A stretch of 64,000 nt of DNA, from positions 58,530,001-58,594,000 of the forward strand of contig NC_058368.1 of assembly GCF_018350175.1 (NCBI RefSeq), in the 5' to 3' direction. Origin of the DNA: Felis catus. Its lineage: Eukaryota. The notes beneath the pieces are model-generated. The model was not told where the DNA came from and did no database searches. It saw only the letters and a program-made list of their open reading frames with translations. Position 1 is the stretch's first letter; every line of letters begins with the position of its first letter. This document shows positions 40,861-53,819 of this stretch, in pieces. A program made the position numbers and the translations under genes.

Positions 40861-41441
40861 GGTTTGACTTTCCTTTTTAAAGACCATGTTTCTTTCTATT
40901 AATCATTGTGAAGTAAAGGAAAAAGTTATTAAGAAAGTAGAGTAATAGCAAATGAAAATCAAAGAATATAGAAAGGAATCTATGTAAGGTAACATAGACA
41001 TTTTATGTATTATCAGAATTGAATAGTGACCTAGTCAAACCTCCAAAGAATGTATAGACCTAATACGTGAATAGAATTCCAAGTTAATGTAGCTAGTTAT
41101 CAGTCTAGAATGACAGATATATGTAGATATTTTATTGTTTGTATACACTATCTGTGCCAACAAGACAAACATGTTTTGTCTTTTAGGGATTACAAGTTTC
41201 TTATTATTTTAACAACTCTCCTTGAAAAATTCCCCCAAAGCAATGTCTATTCTTTTTAAAATTTCTGAAATTATTTCCTCTGTGACAACCTCCCAGTACA
41301 TAATTATCAAGGCCATACATGAAAAAGCTTGTAGGCTTTGCAAGTGTTGATTTCCAATTATAGTGCACTCTATATTGTCACTCTTAAATCTTTTCTATTC
41401 TCCAATCTCTTCATAGTCTACAGGGATCTATATTTTAATTC

Positions 41442-41658
41442 TTTTTTTTTTTTAATTTGTGTATTTACTTTTAGAGAGATCAGATGCATGCATGCAAGAG
41501 TGGGGGAGGGGAAGAGACAGAAGTAGAGAAAGAGTCCCAAGTAGGCCCAGTGCTTTCAGCACTGAGCCTGATGCAGGGCTCAATCTCAAACTGTGAGATC
41601 ATGACCTGTGTGGAAATCAGGAGTTGGTAACTTAACTGACTGAGCCACCCAGGCACCC
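41442..41658 (-). mobile_element. CAN-SINE
   Basis: Reverse-complement head TGAGCCACCCAGGCACCC; TSD TATTTTAATTCTTTT. Confidence 0.96.
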
Positions 41659-42098
41659 TATTTTAATTCTTTTTTTCTTTTTTTTGTAAATAGTAATATA
41701 ATTTATTTCCTCAGCCACCACTGGGTTGATGTTTCTAAAACTCCTCCTCATCATGTCACATTTTCTGATTTCAATATGTACCAGCACCTTATTACCTACT
41801 GTATAAAAGCAATGGGTTTCTTAACCTGGTATTCCAGGGCCCACACAATTGATTGCTATTCAGATACACCTCATCTTGTTCTTTTAAATTTTTCATTCCA
41901 TTCAGTTATCTTTATTCCTGTCTGATATTCATTCTCAACACACTCCTGCATATTTCTACATATATTTGGAAAGACAGGCATACTTCTGACACATTGACTG
42001 CTTGGTTCCAGACCACTGACATTAAACAAACACTGCAATAAAATGAGTCAAATAACTTTTTGGTTTCCCAGTGCATGTAAAAGTTATGCTTGCACTAT

Positions 42099-43098
42099 TG
42101 TGGGGAATAAGTTTAGGAATTCCCTGGGCTTGCACCTATGGGTTAACAAGGCATAAAGAATTGCAAAGCCGGGGTGCCTGGGTGGTTCAGTCAGTTAAGT
42201 GTCCGATTTTGGCTCAGGTCTTGATCTCGCAGTTTTTGAGTTCCAGCCCTGCATTGGGCTTTGTGTTGGCAGCTAGGAGCCTGGAGCCTGGTTAGGATTC
42301 TGTGTCTCCTCCTCTCCCTGCCCCCCCCCCCCGGCCCCATGCTCATGCTCTGTCTCTCTCTGTCTCTCAATAATAAATAAACATTAAAAAATTTAAATAA
42401 ATAAATAAATAAAAGAATTACAAAGCCATAGGATGCTCACACCCAATTTTGGGTAAATAAGATTAGTTACATAGGTATTGAGAGGGCAGGGCAAAGGCCC
42501 CAGTATAGAGAGGGTGGGGCAAAGGCCCCAATACTAAGGTATATGAGGTAAAGAAGATTAGGTATTTGGGGCAAAAACACCCCCCAATTTAGTACTATAG
42601 CAGAAAGCTGCTTTCACAGGAAGGAAGGACCAAATTTAGTAAACAGGTAAGTAGGGCTGTGGACTGCTGCAGGGTGAAGTTGCCCAGAGCAGAGCTAGTT
42701 AGCAAAAGAAAGGTGCCTGGTTGACCCTGAGGTAGCATGCTTTATCTTTCTTATCCCCTAGGCTAGCTAAGATAAACAGACAGGGGGCCTCCTGTCTGCT
42801 GTTAACAACCATCTGCCCAGCGCCAGGATTTTGTTTTACATTGACCCAAATCCCTAACACCATATATCTTCAAAACCCCCTTTCCCTCACACCCATAAGT
42901 TAATGTTCACAGATTTATTGTCTCTTTGTGCACATTCATCACCATGTTTGTAAGCCTTCTGATCCTAATAAAAACGGAGCAAGGACCCTTAATTGGGGCT
43001 CTTGTCTTCTCCCTGACATTAGTTAACTCTCCCATTTTAATTCCGCGTCCCACTTTCTTGTTGGACAAGAAAGAACTCTAGACCCATGGTCTACAACA
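42099..43098 (+). mobile_element. Solo LTR, ERV2/betaretrovirus-like
   Basis: TGTGGGG...CAACA termini, perfect 6-bp TSD CACTAT at 42093-42098 and 43099-43104, AATAAA near 42967. Confidence 0.88.
42171..42411 (+). mobile_element. CAN-SINE nested in the LTR
   Basis: TSD AAAGAATT(G/A)CAAAGCC at 42155-42170 and 42412-42427. Confidence 0.97.
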
Positions 43099-43671
43099 CA
43101 CTATACTGTAGCTTATTAAGTGTGCAATATCATTATGTCTTAAAAAAACAATGCACATATCTTAATTAAAAATACTTTATTGGTAAATACTGTCATATGA
43201 GCTTTCAGTGAGTCATAATTATTGATCATAGATAACCATAAAAATATAGTAATGATAAAAAGGTTTGAAATACTGTGAAATTATGAAAACGTGTCATAGA
43301 GACACAAAGTAAGCAAATGATGTTGGAAAAATAGAGCCAATAGACTGGATGCTTGGTTGCCACAAACAGTTGTGTTCCAAAAAATGCAGTATCTGTGAAG
43401 CACAATAAAGTGAAAAATAGTAAAATGAGGTATACCTGTAGCTAATGTCCTCTTGATCTCACTTCTTAGTAGAAAAACCAGCACATTTTCCCATTTTGTG
43501 AAAATTTCTCTAAATATCCAAAGCCCAAATTGTATATTTTCACCAACGCTAATCATTTAGAACTTGTTTTAATTGTAAGTACTGTTCTTATTCATATACT
43601 TATTATCAGGATGCTCATAATATGATTAGGAAAGTATTTTTTAGCTTAATCACAAAAATACCCTCCCATTT

Positions 43672-43707
43672 TATTTATTTTATTTTTATATTTTTAATCT
43701 ATCTACC

Positions 43708-43740
<33 letters not shown>

Positions 43741-44132
43741 TCTGGAATAGAATGTAGTGATTTATCACTTACATATAACACCCAGGGCTCATCCCAACTG
43801 GTGTCCTCCTTAATGCTCCTCACCCCTTTAGCCCTTACCCCAACCCAACACCCACCAGCAATCCTCAGTTTGTCTTCTGTATTTAGGAGTCTCTTATGGT
43901 TTGTCTTCCTCTCTGTTTTTATATTAATTTTGCTTCCCTTCCCTTATTATCACCAGTTTTGTATCTTAAATTCCACATATGAGTGAAATCATATGATATT
44001 TGCTTTCTCTGACTGACATATTTCACTTAGCATAATATACTCTAGTTCCATCCACATTGTTGCAAATGGCAAGCTTTCATTCTTTTTCATTGCTGAGTAA
44101 TATCCATTGGATATCCAGTGGTTGAACATTTG
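43672..44132 (-). mobile_element. Carnivore L1 3' end
   Basis: ORF 43989-44189 contains YYSAMKKNESLPFATMWMELEYIMLSEI (ORF2p C-terminus); 15-bp TSD AATACCCTCCCATTT at 43657-43671 and 44133-44147. Confidence 0.96.
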
Positions 44133-46673
44133 AATACCCTCCCATTTAAAACTAAATTCTCCATTGCTTATGAATTTAGGTATATTCACTCTTCTACCTC
44201 TCGTTCCATTTTATAAATACCTCATTTATTGTTTAAATGATAATGTATTGAAAATATTCCTTCAGATTATACTTCCAGGAACAGTGACCATTTCTTTCAT
44301 TAAATGTATTCTTTGTTTTTGCATGCTATTTAGCACAAAATACATGCTAAAACAAACAAAGGAACAAACAAACAAATCTGGAAAAATATTCTGTTCCCAT
44401 CCCCAGTAGCACTATCTTTTAATACTAGAGGAAGAAAATTGAGCCATATGATATTGGTATATATAGTTTAAATTTTTCTACATTATTTATTATAGCACTT
44501 CAAATGAGTTGGTTTTTGGAATAATAGCATGGGCACTAAAATCATCATTACTTCAGAAAGCAGTATATCTTTAATTATGGTGAAACTTAACCTTTCTATT
44601 CATATTCAGAAGGGCCACAAATAAAAGTAATTTCTATGTGAACACTTTACTAGTAAACTTGTCATTATTTATGTCCAGACTGAACAATATTTTTCCCAAT
44701 AGAAATATATAAAAAGCTATAATCATTCTGTAATGAATAGATGAATTTTCATTGCATGTGATACGATCACATAATTATTCATGTCTATAAATATAAAAGA
44801 TGGATGATACCATCACACTTTTATGTAAAAATGCTGATCTCATTTTATAAATGCGTGCAAAGTTGTGATTATAATCCAATCATTATTTAACTGTCCATAT
44901 TTATATCATTACAGTCCTCTTACTAGGGTAAATTTAAAGTCATATTCTGGATTATGCTAAAATCTAAGATCTTTCCTAGTTCTAAATAGCCTTATTATTT
45001 CCTAGAAAGAGTAGGGGATCTTTGTTTTAGTGTAACTACATTCAGTTAGTCTATAAGAATTAATGACCTGTCTCAAAGATATAATTTCAGTTTTAAAATT
45101 ATTTGGCTTAACTCACATCCACACATTTAATCATAGACACTTTGCAAACTCTTGTAGGTAATTGCATGAATATTAATAAAGCATACGTACCTACTAAAAT
45201 TTTTATCTTTTTTCTCGTTATAGATAGTACTATCAAATATTTTACTTAAATAAATTAGTCTATAACTTGACTTTTACATTTTGTACAATTTTCTTCTGCT
45301 CTAACAGTGACATCAGTATTATATTTAGAGTAAAAATGGTGAACATGAATATAGCCATACAAATGATCCTAATTGTGAAAATTGAATACTAAAACTAACT
45401 TGCAATAATTATTTTAATATTGAAAAAGTATGCTTTTATCATTTTAGCCTTTCATTATATTAATAATTTATTTTTCCTTTTTTAAATTTTCGTGTTCTTT
45501 TTCCATTTTCCTTTTTAAGGAATAAAAAAAGATAATTGTAAAGTTGATTGAAATATTGGTTGTCAGAATCTTTATTCTATCTCATTTATCCTGCATCTAC
45601 AACAATTCAGGTTATGAAAGATACAGATAGGTAGATAGATAGATTTAAAAATGTCTGAACCACTTCATAGACTCGGAGAGGCTGACCAGAGAATTAAGTC
45701 TAAACATTGTGTTTATTATTGTGACATCATTCATCCCTCAATCTCTAATTTCTTCTTCCACCCCATCCAAATCCAGTCACTCCAACTAAACCTAATGTAG
45801 TTGTGACCTCTAGGTTGCCAGTAGGCTAACTTTCATCTTATTTGATTGTTAGCAGTATTCTACATATTTAAGAATTTCATCCTTCTTTAACTCTTTAACT
45901 TCCTTAAACTTAAGCTTCCATGGTATAACACATGTATTTTTTTCAAATGTTTTTGTTTTGTTTTGTCTTTTTTGGCTCTCTGGCTTCTTATTTCCTCTCT
46001 TGTTGGCTTTTCCTCTTCTACCTGGCTCATGAATGTCTCCCTGTTTGTAGATCTATCTTCTCTTTTTATCTAAGAAGCTTTTTTTGAGGATCTCATGCAT
46101 TTCTGGGGCTTAACTACTAACTTTGTGCTAACAAATCTAATTATTTATATCAGTGTTGAGAAGCATTGAATTGATAGCTAATTAGTCACTGTTTTCTATC
46201 ATGTTAACTATACAGAATATAGATTGTTTGTCATTTTTACTATTATCTTTAAAAATCATTGGTCCCATGGACAATATTTCCAATCGATTCTAGAATTATC
46301 TTTGCTATCAAAAAATCATTTAAAAAAAAAGAAAATTTTTAAAAAGCAAAAATATATGATTAACATAATGAAAAGCTACTATGAAAAGTGTATAATTTTT
46401 AAATTGCTATATTTAAAATATAATAAGTTAGTTTTAATATTCTATTTTCACAGGTAGGATCATTTGTGTGGCTATATTCATAATCACTATCCTTCCTCTA
46501 AATAAAACACTGATGTCACTTCTTAAGTATTACAAAAGGTCCATTGTATCTGGTCCAAGAGGTACATGTCTTCTGCCAGTATCCATGAAATTGTGACAGA
46601 CTAGTTTATTAACCTGTAAATTGGTTTAATTTTCAAACCCTTCCTAGTTCTTGAGAATAGTGATAAATATTTT

Positions 46674-46676
<3 letters not shown>

Positions 46677-46716
<40 letters not shown>
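46677..46716. repeat. (CA)n microsatellite
   Basis: About 20 perfect units. Confidence 0.96.
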
Positions 46717-46717
<1 letters not shown>

Positions 46718-46866
46718 ACACCTCTTTTTAGCTAAAGGATCAGAATACAATACAGGGTCTAAATCAAATATGAATTATATATTTTTTCTTTTCAAATATT
46801 ACTTAATATTACTTAATAATATTCTCTTATTTGAATTCAGTTTTACTTTAAAAAAAAAAAATCTCT

Positions 46867-47070
46867 GGGGCACCTGAGTGGCTCAGTTGTTTGAACATCC
46901 CACTCTTGATTTTGGCTCAGGCCATAACCTCACAATTCTGGGATCAAGCCCCGTGTCATGCTCTGCGAGGGGCATAGAGCCTGCTTGAGATTCTCTTTCT
47001 CCATTTCTCTCTGCCCCTTTCCCATTTGTATACTCTCTCTAAGGAAAAAAAGTAAAAATTAAAAAATTAA
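46867..47070 (+). mobile_element. CAN-SINE
   Basis: GGGGCACCTGAGTGGCTCAG head, CT tract, A-rich tail; TSD not clear. Confidence 0.93.
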
Positions 47071-47569
47071 ACATAAGTTCTTTCAAATTGTGTTGTGGAA
47101 ATTGCTCTTTATGCTTGTGAAAATCAACTGGACATATCTTTTGCGAATTCTACATTTAGTGACATCACAAAATCAGCTTGCAATCCATCGTGATCATGGC
47201 AGTAATGATATAAGAGAGGTATTAACTAACACTATGGTGGTAATAATTTTTCAATATATAAGTGTATCAAGTGGACACATTAAACTTATACAATATTGTA
47301 TCTCAATAAGGATGCGGAAACAAATTCTAGCAATGGCCCAGGACTAAAGATAACTATCTTCACATCATTAATAACTAGGATGAAAAACAGGAATCATTGT
47401 AAATATGATCATATTTTTTAAGCTAATGAGAATAACTGGCTTTAATCAAGTGATCCAGCCTACCACCACCAATATTGAGAATGTCTGATGTGATACAGTG
47501 AGGAGTTGATGTGTACAATTGGAACACATGTACACACACAAAACATATTCACACACAAACACCTGTATA

Positions 47570-47612
47570 TAGATAGATATAGATATAGATATAGACATAG
47601 ATATAGATATAT
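47570..47612. repeat. (AGATAT)n hexanucleotide repeat
   Basis: Directly visible. Confidence 0.88.
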
Positions 47613-48219
47613 CACATTATATGAAGATTATATTTATTATAGAAAAATATGGAAATTTTGGAAGGGTGATTGCATCCAAAGTATGCTTGCATATACATGT
47701 AATTAAGTTTCTGACATAGAATGCAGTATGTGTAATATTATAAATTTATTTTCCATTGTATAGACCCATAGAGTTATAAAGTCTTAGAGCTAAATGAAAG
47801 TTTGGATATTAGTATCACTGAGGAATTAACATTCCAAAGCTCTCTCTCTAGGTAGAATATGCTAGTAACTACCGTACGGATGGGGATGAGATAAATTAAA
47901 AAAAAAAAACAACAGAATAGCTTAATCCATATGCTTGAGAAAATTAGATTCTTGGAAAGATATGACATATTGCTTTTGTAAAAGCTATGACTTTCATTTC
48001 CACAAACATCTTTAAAACTCTATTGGAAGATTATTAGACTCCTGGAATAATCCAAACAAAAAGGCCATGTGAAATCTTTGAAAGACTAAGTTATTGACCT
48101 TTTAGTTCCAGTGCCCAAGGGTTTGATGAAATGCTGCAGAGAAACCCCACAAGAGGATGAAATGCTTTAACTTTGGAGGGCCTCCACACTGGAAATGTGG
48201 CAACTCAGAGAGAGAAAAG

Positions 48220-48425
48220 AAGTAGTTAGAGGCTAGGAGTCTTCAGACCTAGGCCAGATCCCAATTCTGCAATGTTCTGGGTATATTACATGGGAAACAT
48301 TATGTGGCATCTCTGAGCCTCAGCTTTCATTGTACAACAATGTCCACAATGATATTGACACAGGCTCTTGAAAATGGCTGAAATATGTGAAAGTCTTTGT
48401 CATCAATTCAGCACTATGCAAATAG
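48220..48425 (+). mobile_element. MIR relic
   Basis: CAGACCTAGG...TCCCAATTCTGC...CTCTGAGCCTCAGCTTTCAT core. Confidence 0.65.
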
Positions 48426-51400
48426 TAGGCAAGAAGAGTTGAAGGAAGTTTTGAGGGTTGATTTCTGGGCACTCACTCTTGCTACCTGTACCCTTCCCTT
48501 TCTTCCTAGTTTCTATCTCCTTTCACTCAAAATAGATTTAAAGTTCTTGGGATAATATTCAGGAAAGCAGCACTTCTAGAGGCTACAACAGGAGAGGTAG
48601 ATGCTGCCACATCAAACATGGCTTTGATAAGAACAAAGTACAAACCCATACTAAATTCAACTTACACAAGGAACTACTTTTGTTCCGGCAGGTTGCAAGG
48701 GCCATCTTGTATTAGGCATTTTCAAAAAAGTCAAGAAGTGTTTCTTAAATTGATGAAGTATATTGCTATAAATTTTCTGGAAAATAAAATAAATAATAAT
48801 ACAATTAAATTAAAATTAAAAAATGGTTGCTTGTCTTCACATTCAATGTAAGTGGAAAATCTTGCTTATTTTGTTTGTAACTTTCTTATATGTAACGAAA
48901 GCTGCTTGCATTGCTTTTTTTGCTTCTTTATATTTTCATTTAATATTATAAAATATAAAAATTGTTTAAATGTCATTAGTTAATAGACTATTTTTACTTA
49001 AAAAGATCTTTTCACTACATTGCCTTTTAGTACATAAACTTTAATGACTCCTTTAAAAATTACATAGAGAGGATGAAATGTGTAACAGAATAAGTTTTAA
49101 TGTTTGCCAATTATTTTTTCATGAATACGTTTTATTTTAGGTAAAGATATTTAACACATTTAGTGCAAAGCAGAGTATATTATTTTATATTCTAAGAAGC
49201 AAATGTATATTTTCCAAAATAATATCAATACCAGTAGGGAGCTATCCATTTGAGAAAGAATGTATTATTATGCCTAAAACAGATAAAAGCATTTTCTTTC
49301 ATGAAGTCAATGCCTTTGGAAGAAGGCCAAGAGTATGACATATCTAGAAATGAATATTTGAACCTCTGACACCGTAGTGTCTGCATTCACTATATAGAAT
49401 TTCCTGCCCAGAAATTTGTAAATTACAAGAAACTGATCTGTAAAAATAGCTTGTATATATACGTTTCCTTGTAGAAATTTAAAATGGAAGAGATTTCTTG
49501 TTGAATGGAACACGGGTACTTTGAAATTAAGCACAATGGATGGACTGTAGCTCTAAATCTGATTCTCCAACGTAGGATTGACTAATATTTAAATAGCCTT
49601 TGACAAAGGGAAGATGTCCTTCTCAAGATTAAAGATAAATGAAAGGTCTGACTTATATCAGTGGGCACTGATTTAAAAACCATGATACTAACAGTGACGG
49701 ACTTTCAAGCACCCTTTTATTATAATATTATAATAGAGTATATCAATTAATATAAAATTATCTTATTATATCTTATTATAAGAGATTATTCTTTGCATCA
49801 TTTTACACATTTTCTTACAGAATACATTTCTTTATTTGGAAGTATGTTAACCTAGGAGATTCTTTATAGAAAAAGAAATACATTCCAGCTAGTATCAATG
49901 CCTTATCTCATGTATATTCTCTTATTGCTGAGTCTTAACAGAGTATGGCTTCTTTTGTTATCTTGCAACTTTAGCAGTAAAACCCCATGGGTCATTACTA
50001 TAAAATATCTTCACAAAAGTGGCTAATATCTAACTGAAACTGACCTCTTGTATTATTCTAAAAGATTAAGGATGAAAATAAATGATGGCTGTGAAAGACA
50101 TCGTTATTCTGTCATCTTGGAAATGCAAGATTAGTGAGCCACAGAGGGTTAATTTACAAAAAGAAAAGATCACTGATTCATTTTTACTCCTTATATGTTT
50201 GCTTTTGGGTTTAAAACAGTCTTCTCAATAAGTTATAAAGTTGATAATTTAATAAGAACCTGCCACTCTCACCAGGAGAATACGATTCAATTCAGTCCAA
50301 AGAGTGAAGCCACACTCAGGGAATGTCTGCTCAGCAGACAGGTCTGGCACTTTCCTCATTCCGTGGTTCCTGTACTGAATTAGTTTTCTGTATTCAAAGC
50401 AATATGGAAAATGATAATGGACTCCAGCTCTCCTTAATACCTTTCTATCTGTGCAAATACATTTCAACTTATATCTACATTCTGATATATGGTCTCATTG
50501 GTACATTTATCTTTCTCCTTTGGAGTTGTAACCATAAGAATTGTTTCAATGTAAGTAACACATCAAAAATACATTTGCCTCATCTACTCACATATTGCCA
50601 ACATTTAAAAAATACATATATAAATATTACTTTAAAATTTATTATAAATACATTGTTTTAATGTATTATATTAATTACATTGTATATTATACTGTATTAT
50701 ATTGTATGATGTATTATATAAATTATAAATATTATGTTAATATTTCTTTAGTTGTAAATAACCAAAAATTATTTCAAATAGGCCGAAGTATTTTACATAA
50801 AATTATAAGACTTTCTTTCTAGGCACAGAAGTAGAACATGCATCAGAGGCTGGAAAATCAATGGGAATACAAAGGATTCTGAATTTTCTATGTCTCTGTC
50901 TCTCATTTTTCTTTCCTTATTCTCTCCCTTTCCTTTTTTCTCCTTTTCTTTTCCTTATCAAATCTGATACTATAAACATAGAATTCTAATGTATTAAGAA
51001 TTAGAATCAACAGCAACTTTCATTGAAATAGCATAGAATTTGACACAAATTTTAAGCCAGAAACCTGTAGGAATATATAACATTGGTTGATACAAACCTT
51101 ACTGCATAAAACAAGTTAGTTTCTTGATCACAGGAAAATTTTCTTTATGAATAATTATTTTCATAATTGCAGAGGTCACATTTTGCCTATTTTATGTACG
51201 TTAAAAAAGATATCTAAAAGTTTTACTTTATTTCTAATTTATCCTCTTTCTTAATGTCTAAAAGTCAGAAATTGCCTAGTGTAAATCAGTTGAATGGATT
51301 AATGACAGAATGTGTGTGGTTTTTTTTAATAAGGCATTAGCATGATTTCAGTATTATGGATCTTTCAGATCTTTATGATGATATATTCCTTTATCATGGT

Positions 51401-52292
51401 GGAAATTAAAATAAGAAAGTTTGCATAAGGCCACACTACAAAGTAAAACTCAAAATTAAAACAATTTTATGTATTAATATCAGGGCACTTTCTATAATAT
51501 ACAACATATTAGAAAACCTGTTTTATATTAGCTATGTAACATATTATAGAAAACAAATTATACAGTTGTGAGCAATTAGCACTTTCATTTGGATACAGCT
51601 TGAAAAATGCATAATCTTCTTTTCTCATAACGAGAGCTAAATCTTAGACATTATCATGAGTGCCACTAATTTGTCAAGTTTTCATGAAAAAGTCAGTGCT
51701 TTGATGTGTCATTTCTCTAAAAATATAGCTTAAATAAAACAACACATCAGCCATTCATGAATTAATGTAAATCATTTAAAAGAACAGAAGAAACAAGTAT
51801 ACCACAGTTAAATTCTAAATTAGCAAAAATGTTCTTTTCTGATTTATATGCTTGCTGTTGCTCTTTTTCATATAGAATTGCTGTCTTCATTACATTTACT
51901 GATAAGTCCCAAAGCTTAAAACTATAGTTGTAAAAGTTAAAAGCCAATTTTATTCTGATTAAAATACTGGAAATATTACTTTGTGCTTCTATGAAAGTAT
52001 TTCTCATCAGAGGTAAAAGAATGGGTAGTGTATGATTGATAGTGGAAGATATTCCTGATAAATCATTGAAAATTAGAAACCAAAGCCAAAGTGAAATCCA
52101 CACATATTTTTAATATAGGCAGTATTTGCATGCATTCCCTATTATTCGAGATTTCATTCATGTACCTACTGATATATGCAAGTAGTCAACAGCTAAATGA
52201 CAATAAAACACTAAGCTTTATTACTGGGCCAGAGAATTGTGCAGTAAATCCCATATTACAGGGAAACTTGAAAAACTATAGTGAAAAATAAA

Positions 52293-52435
52293 GGGGCGCC
52301 TGAGTGGCTCAGTCCATTAAAGTGTCTGATTCTTGATTTCGGCTCAGGTCATGATCTCATGGTTGTTACTGAGCTCCACACTAACTGTCTCTCTGCCTCT
52401 CTCTGTGTCTCTCAAAATAAATAAATTAAAATTTT
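52293..52435 (+). mobile_element. CAN-SINE with internal deletion
   Basis: Head intact, middle shortened, A tail; degenerate TSD AAAAACTATAGTGAAAAATA / AAAAAGTAAAGTGGAAAATA. Confidence 0.92.
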
Positions 52436-52467
52436 AAAAAGTAAAGTGGAAAATACAGAATATTTTT

Positions 52468-52683
52468 TTTAATTTTTTTTCAACGTTTATTTATTTTTGG
52501 GACAGAGAGAGACAGAGCATGAACGGGGGAGGGGCAGAGAGAGAGGGAGACACAGAATCGGAAGCAGGCTCTAGGCTCCGAACCATCAGCCCAGAGCCCG
52601 ACGCGGGGCTCGAACTCACGGACCGCGAGATCGTGACCTGGCTGAAGTCGGACGCTTAACCGACTGCGCCACCCAGGCGCCCC
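52468..52683 (-). mobile_element. Young felid SINE (SINEC_Fc type)
   Basis: CpG-intact; perfect 16-bp TSD AATACAGAATATTTTT at 52452-52467 and 52684-52699. Confidence 0.98.
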
Positions 52684-53240
52684 AATACAGAATATTTTTA
52701 ATTGCTTTCTTTTTAACTGCAGCTCACTGAAAACAACTGAGTAGACTTAACAAAGAGCATATGATACCCTTTATGGGTCTACCAAAGATGGGTCCTGCCT
52801 GATTTGCTTCATCCATGGAGACAAATAGCAGGAAGATGAGTCACAGGGAAAGAGATATCTCAAGAAGGCAGGAGAGAGTCTGCAAGCACAAGCAATTGCA
52901 TTTAAGACAGTGACCAAACCCACTGGTAAAACAAGTGAATGGTATAGGAAATGGTGATGCAAGAGTTTTGCTCATCAGATTAGTAACATCCTTAGGGAAC
53001 AGTGAGCCAGGCTTGGAGGCAGCTGCAAGTTCCTGCCCAGCACTTTCATAGAATGGTAATAGAACCTACCTCTGTAAATGAAGTCAAAGAATCCCTTTTA
53101 TACACATTTTTTAACTTCAATAAATTTTGTCTTTCACTCTTGCTTTTTATCATTAAAAAGTAGTGTCTTAATTACCATTGTATGACACTTAATAAAGAGG
53201 GAACGCATTACCTCAAATGTAACTTAAAAAAACTGTTAGA

Positions 53241-53411
53241 GGGGCATCTGGGTTGGCTCATCAGTTAAGTGTCCAGCTCTTGATTTTGGCTCAGGTCATG
53301 ATCTCACTGTTCATGAGTTCGAGCCTTGCATTTGGCTCTGTGCTGACAGTACGGAGCCTGCTTGGGATTTTCTCTCTCCTTTTCTCTCTGCCTCTCTCCT
53401 GCTCTCTCTCT

Positions 53412-53442
<31 letters not shown>

Positions 53443-53444
53443 AT
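53241..53444 (+). mobile_element. CAN-SINE
   Basis: TSD AAAAACTGTTAGA at 53228-53240 and 53445-53457. Confidence 0.96.
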
Positions 53445-53819
53445 AAAAACTGTTAGAAACTTTACAAACCTGAATTAAAATAAGTATCTATTAATATGGT
53501 ATTCAAGAACAATATATTCTATTCCATTATACTGTTGGGACATGGATAAGATATAAGATCAAGTCACGTAAACAACAACAAAAGGATCAAGTCACATGAA
53601 TTAGTATAGTTATTTTGACATTAGATGTCCATTATAAACTAAAGCTATTAAAATATTAAACATTGTTTATGTTTTTTCCAAATTTCTAGACTAGAAGCTT
53701 AGTCTCAATTTAAATACATGTTTTAAGGGATCGGTAAATCTTACATTTTATAATGTAATTTACATTGCTTATTTCTGTAATCCCCTTAAAATTGTACCAG
53801 CAAATACTATTGTAGAGAA

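Larger units (their letters stand above)
41975..43438 (-). mobile_element. Internally deleted Tigger1 (TcMar) DNA transposon, split by an LTR
   Basis: Terminal inverted repeats CAGGCATACTTC... and ...GAGGTATACCTG followed by TA; Tigger1 motifs GGTTCCAGACCAC, TTTTTGGTTTCCCAGTGCAT, TTATTAAGTGTGCAAT; ~460 bp once the LTR is removed. Confidence 0.9.

Noticed and set aside
46454..46561. Possible plus-strand exon after TTTTCACAG
   Set aside because: The donor (GTACAT) is weak, and there is no recognisable peptide or other support.
49718..49735. Perfect 18-bp palindrome TATTATAATATTATAATA
   Set aside because: A/T-only palindromes of this size are unremarkable in such AT-rich DNA.
52740..53140. GC-richer island, possibly an old LTR
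   Set aside because: No termini, TSD or family motifs that I can identify with confidence.
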